From Chrysomallon squamiferum (taxonomy: Eukaryota > Animalia > Mollusca): 64,000 bases of DNA. Positions 13,784-26,238 of the stretch are shown here, in pieces. Location of the stretch: contig CM022669.1 of the NCBI GenBank assembly GCA_012295275.1, positions 372,001 through 436,000 on the forward strand, given 5' to 3'. Below the pieces are notes generated by a model. That model did not search any database. It was not told where the DNA came from and saw nothing but the letters and a program-made list of their open reading frames with translations. The stretch's first letter is position 1. Each line of letters opens with the position of its first letter. The translations under genes and the position numbers were made by a program.

Positions 13784-14744
13784 AGACGTTTATTTATTTT
13801 TTATTATTATTTTTATTATTTTTTTTTTATCTTGTTTTATGTACAAACCTGTAGAAAATACACCAGAAAACAATGGTTCATAGATAACGCTACCCAAACA
13901 AAACAAAGTTTTATAAAGAACTTTTCACAAAAAAGTGTTTGATAGACGATGCTACCTAAAAAGAAAAAGATGATAATGATACGTTCTTGATAAACGCTGT
14001 TTTTAATTCCAATCATGGCTGAAACTTGTTATATTGCAGATCATGAGTCTTGTGTAAGCGAACTTTGTACCGATTCATTTATTGAGTTGCAGACCTCAGC
14101 AAAATTGAACATACAAGACTAAACTATAGATAAACGTGTTTATAATTACATTACTATTACTGTTTGATGATTACCTGATAATCGTGATCTGTCTCAGTTG
14201 TATTTAACTAGGTACGATGTGAATCACTTAGATTCATTGTTGCATCTAAAACAACTTTAAGCTTAATTTGTTTTTCTCAAATTTGGAAAATAAAGTTCTT
14301 CAGTGGTATGTAATTTATTGTCTGTTCACATTTTCGATTAGTTTTATCGCTACTGAAAATCTTTCGTTTCGTATTTGTTCTGTGATTTAATAGTGATGTT
14401 GTTACTTTTGTAAAGGATTATTTGATATCACCACAAACGAATGCACGCAGGTGGTTAAGATTATCGTTTCTGACAGAACTTTCTAAAATCAATTTCTTTT
14501 CTTAATACTCATATTACCATTAGTGTTCTTTTTTTATTGCTCTGTCATGAAACCATAAAAAATGTTTCAAATCGTACCTCATATTTCATGTTATCATTTT
14601 CTTTAATTTCGTTTTGTTTTTCCGTCTGATTACTTACATTTTTTACTTTATTTTTATTTTCTATTCAAATTATTTTTAAAATGTAGACGTATATTTCTGG
14701 TTGTATTTGTGGTGAATATCATTAAACATAATTCAGTGTTAAAA

Positions 14745-15480
14745 TGTTGCCGGTCTCGTTTACAACAGCAACAGCTTGCAGTTTAAAATTAATGTATTTC
14801 ACAATGTCATATCTTGCAGCGCCTAAGTAAATTCCGATAACGTGATCGGCGGGCTTTGACGTTGACGCAGACGTCTCCCTGTCATTTCACTCACGTGTTC
14901 TGTGTGAGAAACGTTTGGGCTCGTTGTTAGTGATGACGTTCGAGTATGGGCTCGTTGTTAGTGATGACGTTCGAGTTTGGGCTCGTTGTTAGTGATGACG
15001 TTCGAGTTTGGGCTCGTTGCTAGTGATGACGTTCGAGTTTGGGCTCGTTGCTAGTGATGACGTTCGAGTTTGGGCTCGTTGCTAGTGATGACGTTCGAGT
15101 TTGGGCTCGTAGCTAGTGATGACATTGGATAGGTGTCGTCATGCTGGAGGAGTAATGGCGATTTGTGCACGATCAGCACAGACATTGACGTCATGAAAAA
15201 CTAAATGTTGACCCACACGCTGACCAAACAGGACGACAATGTTGTCACGGTAGTACTGCCCATTGACCCTTCCTTGCACAATATAGGCGATCCTTGTCAG
15301 TCACAGTGATACCACTACACATGATAACCGACCTCATGTCAAATCGATAAAATGTGTCACTGTTGATCACATCACGCTGATTTGAATGAGGTCAACAGTC
15401 TGTAGACGCTCTTCATCTTCATCGGAATCAAAGAATAAAAAAGTCTAGAAACAAACCAGTGACAGTTGTAAGATCGAAAG
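14745..15480 (-). mobile_element. Tc1-type DDE transposase remnant (partial duplicate at ~23965-24200)
   Basis: Minus-strand translation gives SVIMCSGIT..IVQGRVNGQYYRDNIV..VFHDVNVCADRA and TSPNVSHTEHVSEMTGRRLRQRQSPPITLSE. These match the Tc1 motifs GSVMVWG, FQDDNARPHRA and SPDLNPIEHVW. Confidence 0.7.
14914..15123. repeat. 31-bp tandem repeat x7 (tttgggctcgttgttagtgatgacgttcgag)
   Basis: gggctcg recurs at 14917, 14948 ... 15103. Confidence 0.92.
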
Positions 15481-16136
15481 TATGAGAAAGAATGACTGAA
15501 ACAACGTTCCACACTGATTAATCGACCTCACTGGAAATCGTCAAAATCAAGACTGACTCCCCACGCAGGACGGGATTACGTGATGCACGTGCAACTTACT
15601 GAAAATTAAAATTTCAGGTTCCACTATATTTTTAAACAGCATGTGTTATTTTAAAAGAATTTCAGAATATTTTTCTCGCGGCTGTTTTTCTTCTTCTTAG
15701 TCTAACTATTCACTGACAACGTTGGTTATTTTGTTTATCCTTATTAATGAATTTAATTCGCTCTCTAGTTTTCCCTTCTTTTTAAACATTTTTCTTTCTT
15801 TCTTTCTTTATTATTTTTTACAATGTAATGTGAGTTACACAATTTAAATCGATGATAGCTATATAATATAATAGACTATTGATATTATACTAAATGTGAT
15901 TTTGATACCGCTAAAAGTAAAAAAAATATATATATATATATATATATTAATTAATCAAATTTCATATCAACTTTATTTGGTCATAAAGTTACAGTTCTGT
16001 TGGATCAATAGTATTGAATTTTGTGTGACACAGCTGGGATTCAAGTTAGAAACTAAACAGCAAGGATTTTTCAATGAAAGGCAACATTTATTTTTGTGAG
16101 AAGTGATCATTTAGCAGTAAAGAAGCAGAAAACCTG

Positions 16137-17099
16137 GTAAGTAAAACCTTGCACTAGTCTAATGTACTAGTACGTTTTAAATCATTTCACTTAGTAATTT
16201 TTTGTTCTTGTTTTAACATTTGTATTCAACTATTACTTTATATTGATATTTATTCATGTTGATATTAATAATAATCGGGACAACATATCGTGCCACTGAG
16301 TATATTTTATTTTTCGGTTACAATTCTCAGCAAAGTTTTAATGGCTCAGGAAAATGCTTGCCTCAGACCCAAGATTTTCACATTTTAAAAATTCTTCTGT
16401 CGCTACCATTTGTGGCGCTTGTGCTGCACATGTGAATGATAATGTTACTTAATGGAAAAGAAAACCTAATCGGCCCGATATTCAATACACTTTAAAATGC
16501 TATGGATATGTTATTTTTCAGTATATACTAGTTTTAAAACTCTTGCAATAACTACTACTTCTATACACAATTATCAATAACATTACTACCATACCATACC
16601 TCTACCATAACAACAACTATTATCTACTACTACTATTCCAACTATTGCTATTATAGCTATATCTACCACTACTACTACTACCACTACCAGTATTGTTACT
16701 GGTACTACAACCACTATTACAATTACAGCTACCACCACCAACAACATTACCATTATGACTACTAGTACTGTGGCCATTATTTCTACTACTACTACCACTA
16801 CTATTACTACTACTACTATGACCACTTCTTCCATACTGCTACTGCACTTTCTGCTACTGCTGCTACTATTATTATCATTATAGTCTCATCGTCATCATGA
16901 TCAGTATTATCTTCACGACTACTACTACTATTACCATTGTTGGTATTATTACTATCATTAGATAACAGAAACTACCGTTCTAGTGTTATTTCTACTGCAG
17001 TTACTACTACTTCATATTTTGCAGCTGCAACAACTAATACTACTATTCTCATTGTTGTTGTTGTTCATTTATTTCAATTTAATTGTTTTACTTTTGTAG
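16137..17099 (+). other. Putative 5'UTR intron of type B LicD gene (mirror copy on minus strand ~26999-26371)
   Basis: Donor ctg|gtaagtaaaa and acceptor tacttttgtag| are conserved in both B copies, although the sequence between them has diverged. Confidence 0.55.
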
Positions 17100-17231
17100 A
17101 TCTTGATATTTTAGTCTCTGCAGAGACTCGCTGTCTGTTTGACAGAGGAGGAGGATAAGCAACATTGTCTGAACACCTCTAAAAACTAAAATAATTGTCT
17201 TCTCTTTACAAAAACCTGTCAATCTCTAACA

Positions 17232-18166
17232 ATGGTTAAAATGAGCAATTTGCTAAACGTAAAAGCATTGTTTCTACTTCTTATACCAATGTGTGTTGTG
17301 TTTATTACATACGGTTTCTTCACGGTTTTGCCAAAGACGTTAAACATGAACATACTTTGGCAGCAAATTAGCAATAGGGATGCACGACTCGGTCAAATTA
17401 ACATGGACTTTGACTTCACAGATTTATGGTACTTCACGAATAAAAACGTAATGGTAAATGACAGTGAACTTAGGCATTTCCTTCCTCGACTGTCAATAAA
17501 TGACCAAGTTCTTATGCTGATAACTTTAGAGAAATTTTTTGACACTTGTGAAAAAGCAAAAGTGAAAACTTTTCTCTGGAGCGGATCTCTCCTTGGTGCT
17601 TACAGGCACCAGGGCTTTATTCCGTGGGATGATGATGTTGATGTCATTGTCGTCGATGCAGATTTGTCAAAGGTTCGGACGGCGTTGTCAAGTGTACCGG
17701 ACTATGATCTGTACTCACCTGAAAACTTTCAGTGGAAATTCTTTATGAAAAATCTGCCCGAATCTCTACCAGGATTCAAGTCTAAATATCCATTTATAGA
17801 CATATTTTTCTTCGATGAAAATTCCACTCACGTATTTGGCCTATTTTCTGGAGTGAAAGGTTACGTTTATAAGAAAAAGACGTCTACCCACTACAACGAC
17901 GACTGTTTCAGAACCGATATTTTCCTGCGCCGTGTCACATGAAAAAAATGGTTAAAATGTCTGACGTGACAACCTGCAAATCTTCTCCATATCTGCACAA
18001 GGAAAAACGAAGAATTAATTCTATGTCGATTCCCTGCAGTAAATTATATCAGTTTTACCCTTTCGTTTTCAGACAAAGCGACAGTCGTACTGGATACGAA
18101 ACTGAAACTTTGAAAATAGGAAATCAAATTTTACGGACGATTTCAGTGCAAGGCAAATGCAGTTAG
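17232..18166 (+). CDS. LicD-family paralog 4 (type B), one -1 frameshift (A6->A5 at 17874-17878)
   Basis: TM anchor and [25 protein letters not shown]. Paralog 6 has aag aaa aaa gac where this copy has aag aaa aa gac. Restoring one A joins ORFs 17232-17942 and 17939-18166. Confidence 0.8.
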
Positions 18167-20039
18167 TGATTATTGATGAAATAAATTATTCCACTTAGTA
18201 TCTTTGTCATAAATTTTTGAGTTCCACGAATTTCACATAGAAACAACAAATTCTTCTGGCAACATCTTCAGCTAAAAACAAAACGTAAACTAACACAAAC
18301 ATGTAATTTCTATTATTTTGTTTTGTTATTTTACATTTTGAAACACACACACAGACACACATATATTTTTTTGTATAAATTTTGAAATGAGTGTTTCAGC
18401 TCTAGCTGACAGACTAACAAACAAGGATACCAGTAGTTAATGTGCAGTGGTTAAAATAAAAGAGATGAGTATTAAGACGTAACACTGGACAGAAATTATA
18501 TTCATTTATTATAAGTAACGCTGTTTTTAAAAAGAAGATTATTACCAAATAAAGAAAAACGTGCACATTGCTAGAGTATTGAGTGTGCCTGTTAATAAAA
18601 GCGGTAAATAATTAAAAATAGAAACACATTTTCTCTGTAAAGTATTTCGGATTTATATCCATATTAAGGTTCAGGCTCACGAATCGGAAATTCTGAAATC
18701 CTAAAATTTCTTCAAGCAGCTGAGACGATGATGTTTCTGAACTTAGAGTACTTTATACAAAACTACGAACTCTCAGCGAAAAATAAATATATTTCGTGTT
18801 TAACTTTCCTTTCAAGTATTCTCAGGTTATCTCACTGATAAGCCGAACAACTTCGAGTATTTGAGGTTCCAGGCATTTCGAATATAATCATGAAGTACAG
18901 TTTATAAATAAAAATAATATTAGCTATCATCGATTTAAACTGTGTCAATAACATTACATTGTAAACAATGATAAATAAATAAAAAGAAAGATAAATACTG
19001 TGGAAAATGGAGAGAAAAGTAAATAGCGAATTAAATTAATTAACAGGGATAAACAAATATAATATAAATATCTTCTTATGATATACCAAATATGACAAGG
19101 TGGGTGAGGCTTCAAAGGGGGATGTTTTGGAGCTGCTACATGTAGGAGCCTCAAAACACTCCCCACCGCAAACATTTTTCCTATCAGCCTTAAAAAGAAA
19201 AAAAAAAAAAAAACATCCTCGTCCCGAAATACTGTCTGTAATTATGTCAGCCTATACATTTAAATGAAATTTAAGAGATATACAAGCATAAAATTTAACG
19301 GATTTGAGGAATATTTATTTTAGTTAATTATAATCAAGATTTGCTAATCAACTTATGATAATAATTTTGAAATGAAGGTTAAATGTTCAGCAAATTTTAG
19401 AGCAAAGATTTTATGTAAATCCTTTTTGCCAGTCCCCGTTCATGAAGTATGAACATCATATCAAATATCTTGTCTGTCGGTTTTATCATAATCAATATTA
19501 GTTAAATCAGAAGCACACACACACAAAGACACTGACACAGATATTTATATGTTATAAAATACGTAGTCACTAATATATTTTTAAGCATTCTCCAGTTTAC
19601 CAATGGTTAATTTTAAAGCCTTGATTTGTTTTTATTGAGTACTGAAGTAAATTAAGAAACTGAAAATTTGAATTTTTGCTAATATAACTTCAATAATGCA
19701 ATAACTGTTAACAAGCTATTGACAATTGATTACAAACATAAATCGTGTTGAAACCTATATAAATCAAATCACTGTGTATTCCTATATACTACAATGTGTT
19801 TGTGCTAGTCGCTATAAAACAGCTTGGAAGTGGTTGAAACAAAACCTGTATTACTCCGATTTCAATAAAAGCTGTTGATAAACATGTATCATGTGACTTG
19901 TGTCGTATTTTACTATTTATGGTATCACTTTATGAACAAGTTGAACCTGCTGTACATCTTTTGCCTTCAGAAAATACATACGCACAAACAAATGAACGCA
20001 CATACTCACATACAAACACACACACATACAAGCATATAT

Positions 20040-20757
20040 GATTTATGCTTTGAGTTGCGAGCTGGAATCCGTGTTACGAGCTAGCTTCAGATACGCCGCC
20101 GCAGGTTGGCACAACGAACAACACAATGTCCGGCCAGCATACCGCGTCTCACTCGTTTACTTCACGTGGTTACCTCGGCGTGGAAGCAGCTCTGTTGTGT
20201 TGTGTTCACGCTTTGTGCAGTATTTTGCCTAATTTCTTTTTTCTGACCATGGATCCTAAGAAAGTGATTGTAAAGGACAGTGCTGAGAAGAAGAAGCGGA
20301 TGATGTCCATTGAATTAAAGCTTGAATTCATAGAAAAACATGAGCGAGGTGTGCATGTAGTCCACTTGGCTAGGCAGTACAAGAATAAAACCATACTGAA
20401 GCAAAAGGAGTCCATAAAGGCTGGTACTCCAGCCAAAGGTTGATCTCCAAGATAGACACACTTTAGAAAACATTTCTTTCTTTATATTCTCTTTTTTTTT
20501 AAACAATATTTGCAATTATAAACACATTTTTCTTATTTAAAAACACGTTACAAAAAAAAAAATAAATAAAAAAAAAAAAAATAAATAAATAAAATAATAA
20601 TAATAAATAAATAAATAAAATAGGGTGGTTTTTAGGGGGCTGGAACGGATTAATGGTATTTTAGTTAATTTTAGTTGGGAAGATGATTTGATATACGAGC
20701 AAATTTTTTACGAGCTCCATCACGGAACGAATTAAACTCGTAAGTCAACGTACACTG
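20040..20757 (+). mobile_element. Second, 5'-truncated copy of the same Tigger/pogo derivative
   Basis: MDPKKVIVKDSAEKKKRMMSIELKLEFIEKHERGVHVVHLARQY; 3' TIR ...actcgtaagtcaacgtacactg|ta; collinear with the 36422-37193 element. Confidence 0.82.
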
Positions 20758-21787
20758 TATGTATGTATGTATGTGTGTGTGTGTATATATATAGAGATAT
20801 ATCAATACGCGCTGTAATAAATACATACATACAGATGTATCTAATTCGACAATGTATTGTTGTTCATATCAAATCTAAGAAGTTTCACAGATCCATGGTT
20901 CTGCATTAGGATACAATGCATAACACAACAGAGTAGAGATGTAGCTGGAGTGTTGAGGTGCCCAGTCAGCTTCAGTTGTCGCCCTTACACCATAAATATA
21001 TTGTTTAATTTCATTACAACCTTTTGTATGTGCTAGTCACATGGCTCCTGGCATGACAGAAAGTAGCTTCTGCTGTATGTTAGTTGTACAGGGAGAAATT
21101 CTTCAATCAGTAAAAGAGTTCCTCTTCTTGCAATACAGTTTTTGTTGTCAAAATGTTGAGGTACATTTGTATATTTCGTTTAGATTGTTATCTTTGTTAA
21201 GAATATACTGTTGTTGCTGTTTTTTAAACAAAATGTTGTTGTTATTTTTTGTTGTTATCTGTTACAAACACATAAACCTGTAAAATAGAAATAAAACAAG
21301 AAGAAACAATATGTTAGAACACCTATATAAAAACAAGTTAATTAAACACATACACTCAAACACAGACACACACGCACAAACACAGACACACACACGCACA
21401 AACACAGTACATACACACTAAAACACAGCCACATACACACTAAAACACAGACACACACACACAAACACAGAAACATACACACAAAAACAGACACACATCG
21501 TCAAACGAAACCACAGTTGTATGACAAGAATATTAAATGTTTTAAAACAGCAAGCTCACGAAAGACATTTTGTAACGACCTCAGGGGTGACATCTCTGAC
21601 GAGAAAGATGTGTTTTCACCACAAATGACAAATCAATGTTTCAGTCATTACAGAGTGGTAGATCGAAACAAGGTTTGATCAGATTGAGTAAAGACTGTAA
21701 AAAAGAAAATACTGTTTATGTAAAAAATTCATGTAGTATTTTAATGTCTGCTCTCTTAGCAGCATATTTCTAGGTATTAACTGCACA

Positions 21788-21827
<40 letters not shown>

Positions 21828-21916
21828 ACTCAACAAAAAATAACTGAATTTTACAACTGGTGCTCAGTGCATTATTATAAATAAAACTTTTAGCTAATTG
21901 CTGAGTCGGTGACATA

Positions 21917-22926
21917 ATGGTACCAAAGAGAAAAATCCTTATTGTCATTTGTTCACTGGTTTCGGTTTTTCTCATAATCGTTTTCTCCAGTCGTTTCTTA
22001 AGCAGGAACATTTGCGATCACGGTTCAAGAAATACAGAGAATAATTTTTTCAAGCTGAATTCGGTAAACCAAAAGAGTCAATCTGTGGAAACAAAACTGA
22101 TTTTGGATTCGTCAGCTGTCATATCAGGAAAGAAATATTCAAATATCATTTCATTCCAGAATGACGCTCTAGGAAAAACTCCTGGTACATGGTAGTTCCA
22201 AATAAACAGAAAATGGTAAACAACAGAGATCTAAGACAATTTTTGCCGTATATGTCGACGAGAGATCAAGTACTGATGCTTCTTACTTTGGACAGATTTC
22301 TTAAGGCGTGCAAACAGGGAAACTTAACCTGCTTTTTGTGGGAAGGATCTCTTCTTGGTGCTTACAGACATCATGGAATCATTCCTTGGGACGATGATTT
22401 GGATGTGATCGTAGTTGGTCCGAGTCTTGACAAGATTCGAAATGTTTTGTCACGAGTGCCAGATTACGAACTTCATCATCCTGTCGAGTTTCAGTGGAAA
22501 TTTTACAGCAAGAATCTTCCTTCACTTACTGGTCAGCTCTATAAGTATCCCTTCATTGACATCTTTATGTTCTTGGAAAATTCTACGCACGTGTTTGGTG
22601 GGTTTCGCAACATAAAACATTACGTATACAAAAAAGAGGATGTCTATCCAATTCAGTTTCGACTGTTTGAAAACAGGCAGATGCCAGTACCATGTAATAC
22701 AGAAAAGTTTCTCAATAAATACAACCGTCGTACGTGCGAGTCTGTGTCCTATTTGCATAAGGAAAATAAGGTTCTGAACTCTGTTACGGTAAATTGTAGT
22801 CGACTGTATGAATTCTTTCCTTTCGTGTTTCGTCAAAAAGATCCAAGAACTGGTCAAGATATAGAAACATTAAAAATAGGAAATGAATCAGTGTGGACAG
22901 TGTCTGTATCTAAACAATGCAAGTGA
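21917..22926 (+). CDS. LicD-family paralog 5 (A2-type N-terminus, paralog-3-like C-terminus), one -1 frameshift at ~22195
   Basis: tgg tag ttc ca here versus tgg tat gtt cca in the other A copies. In-frame deletions in the TM/stem region. Catalytic motifs intact ([25 protein letters not shown]). Confidence 0.75.
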
Positions 22927-25303
22927 AGACATTTATTTTTATTTATTTTTTTTTTTTTTTTTTTTGTGTTTGTTTTATGTACAAACCTGTAGAAAATACA
23001 CCAGAAAACAACGGTTTATAGACAACGCTACAAAAAAAAAAAAAATTTTATAAAGAACTTTTCACAAAAAAGTGTTTGATAGACGATGCTACCTAAAAAG
23101 AAAAAGATGATAATGATACGTTCTTGCTAAACGCTGTTTTTAATTCCAATCATGGCTGAAACTTGTTATATTGCAGATCATGAGTTTTGTGTAAGCGAAC
23201 TTTGTACCGATTCATTTATTGAGTTGCGGACCTCAGCAAAATTGAACATACAAGACTAAACTGTAGATAAACATTTTATAATTGCATTACTATTACTATT
23301 TGATGTTCACCTGATAATCGTGATCTGTCTCAGTTGTATTTTAGCTAGGTACGATGTGAATCACTTAGCTTCATTGTTCTATCTAAAACAATTTTATCAA
23401 GTTTGAAAAATAAAGTTCTTCAGTGGTATGTAATTTATTGTCTGTTCTAATTTTCGATTAGTTTTATCGCTATTATTGCAAATCTTGTATTTGTTCTGTG
23501 ATTTAATAGTGATGTTGTTACTTTTGTAAAGGAGAATTATTTGCTATAATTATTTATTCTGTCATGAAATCATAAAAATGTTTCATATCGACCATCATAT
23601 CTTTTTCTTTCATTTAATTTTATTTTTCAGTCTGATTAATTATATGTTTTACTTTTATTCTTTCACTTGAATTGTTTTTACATTTTAGATGTATATTTCT
23701 TCTTGTATTTGTGGTGAATACGCTCAAAGATAATTCAGTGTTAACATGTTGAAAGAGCAATAGCTTGCAATCGAAAATTTCAATATTTCACAGATGACAT
23801 TTCGAAATGTACGCTAAAGAATTATTCAAACGAGATATTTCATATAAATAATTGGATAAATAAATAAAGAAAAAAAGAAAAAAGAAAAGAAAAAAAAGAG
23901 AGAGGCACTCAAATAAGAATTTACAATTGCCAAAACTGCCAGTGTCATAGTAGTAAGTATTATCATCATCAAACAGGACGACAATGTTGTCACGTTAATA
24001 GTACCAGTGACCCTTCCTTGCACAATGTGGGCAATCCTTATCAGTCACAGTGACACCACTCCACGTGATAACCGATAAAATGTGTCACTGTTGATCACCT
24101 CACGCTGATTTGAATGAGGTCAACAGTCTGTAGACGCTCTTCATCTTCATCGCAAATCAAAGAATAAAAATATCCAGAAACAAACCAGTGACAGCTGTGA
24201 GATCAACAGATTGAGAAAGAATGACTGAAACAACGTTCCACACTGATTAATCGACCTCACTGGAAATCGTCAAAATCAACACTGACTCTCCACGCACGTG
24301 TACAGGGCGAGTACGTGATGTACGTGCAACTTACTGAATGAGTTTCGGTATGTTGATAAACTGGCCTGAACGTTCTTTGTCTTTGATCAAAACGTATATT
24401 AGGTCTAATAGTTTAAATTAAAATTAAAATTTCAGATCCCCCTGTTTTAGTTTTGAAGAGCATATGTTTTTATGATTTAATTTCAGAATATTTACTTTGT
24501 CGCTCTTTTCCTTCTTCTAAGTCCAACAATTCAGGGACAGAATTTGATGTTTTGTTTATCGCTTCTTTTGAACCCTAATATTTATCTTTCGTTTTCGTTT
24601 ATTTATTAGTTCTTACTATGTAATGTGATTGACACAGTTTAAATCAATGATAGCTAAATATTATTTTTATTTATAAACTGTACTCAATACTCGAAGTTGT
24701 TCGTGTTTTCAGTGAGATAACCTGAGAATATTTGAAAGGAAAGTTAAACACGAAATGTATTTGTTTTTATTGTTGGTTTTGTATAAAGTACTCTAAGTTA
24801 AGAAACATCATCGTATAGCTGCTTGAAGAAATTATAGGATTTCAGAATTTCCGATTCGTGAGCCTGAACCTTAATATGGATATAAATCCGAAATACTTTA
24901 CAGAGAAAATGTGTTTCTATTTTTAATTATTTACCGCTTTTATTAACAGGCACACTCAATACTCTAGCAATGTGCACGTTTTTCTTTATTTGGTAATAAT
25001 CTTCTTTTTAAAAACAGCGTTACTTATAATAAATGTTACGTCTTAATACTCATCTATTTTATTTTAACCACTGCACATTAACTACTGGTATCCTTGTTTG
25101 TTAGTCTGTCAGCTAGAGCTGAAACACTCATTTCAAAATTTATACAAAAAAAAAAAAAAAACAAAAATAGCTTCGGTGTGTGAGATTACTATTTGTTTTT
25201 AGCTGAAGATGTTGCTGGAAGACTTTTTTTTTTGTGTAATTCGTGGAATTCAAAGATTTATAAGAAAGTTAGTAAATGGAATAATTTATTTCATCAATAA
25301 TCA

Positions 25304-26238
25304 CTAACTGCATTTGCCTTGCACTGAAATCGTCCGTAAAATTTGATTTCCTATTTTCAAAGTTTCAGTTTCGTATCCAGTACGCTTGTCGCTTTGTCTG
25401 AAAACAAAAGGGTAAAACTGATACAATTTTCTGCAGGGAATCGACGAATACTTAATTGCTATTTTTTCCTTGTGTAAATACGGAGGGATATGCAAGTCTT
25501 TACATTAGACATCTGAACAATTTCCTTCATGTGACACGGCACAGGAAAATATCGGTTCTGAAACAGTCGTCGTTGCAGTGGGTAGACGTCTTTTTTCTTA
25601 TAAACGTAACCTTTCACTCCAGAAAATAGGCCAAACACGTGAGTGGAATTTTCATCGAAGAAAAATATGTCTATAAATGGATATTTAGACTTGAATCCTG
25701 GTACAGATTTGGGCAGATTTTTCATAAAGAATTTCCACTGAAAGTTTTCAGGAGAGTACAGATCATAGTCCGGTACACTTGACAACGCCGTCCGAACCTT
25801 TGACAAATCTGCATCGACGACAATGACATCAACATCATCATCCCACGGAATAAAGCCCTGGTGCCTGTAAGCACCAAGGAGAGATCCGCTCCAGAGAAAA
25901 GTTTTCACTTTTGCTTTTTCACAAGTGTCAAAAAATTTCTCTAAAGTTATCAGCATAAGAACTTGGTCATTTATTGACAGTCGAGGAAGGAAATACCTAA
26001 GTACACTGTCATTTACCATTACGTTTTTATTCGTGAAGTACCATAAATCTGTGAAGTCAAAGTCCATGTTAATTTGACCGAGTCGTGCATCCCTATTGCT
26101 AATTTGCTGCCAAAGTATGTTCATGTTTAACGTCTTTGGCAAAACCGTGAAGAAACCGTATGTAATAAACACAACGCACATTGGTATAAGAAGTAGAAAC
26201 AATGCTTTTACGTTTAGCAAATTGCTCATTTTAACCAT
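25304..26238 (-). CDS. LicD-family paralog 6 (type B, inverted relative to paralog 4), one -1 frameshift at ~25485-25487
   Basis: Nearly identical to paralog 4. TGC ATA TCC CT CCG TAT lacks one base relative to TGC AAA TCT TCT CCA TAT. ORFs 26238-25459 and 25495-25304 join once it is restored. Confidence 0.8.

Larger units (their letters stand above)
13783..19760. repeat. Segmental duplication unit, copy at ~22926-27440 with the central cassette inverted
   Basis: 13783-15860 matches 22926-24657 (direct). 15900-18920 matches 24657-27230 (inverted). Parts of 19070-19760 match 27255-27440 (direct). Confidence 0.88.

Noticed and set aside
3309-26238. Bacterial contamination or a recent prokaryotic lic operon
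   Set aside because: No licABC neighbours; the genes have type II anchors and spliceosomal signals, and are interleaved with animal transposons and microsatellites.
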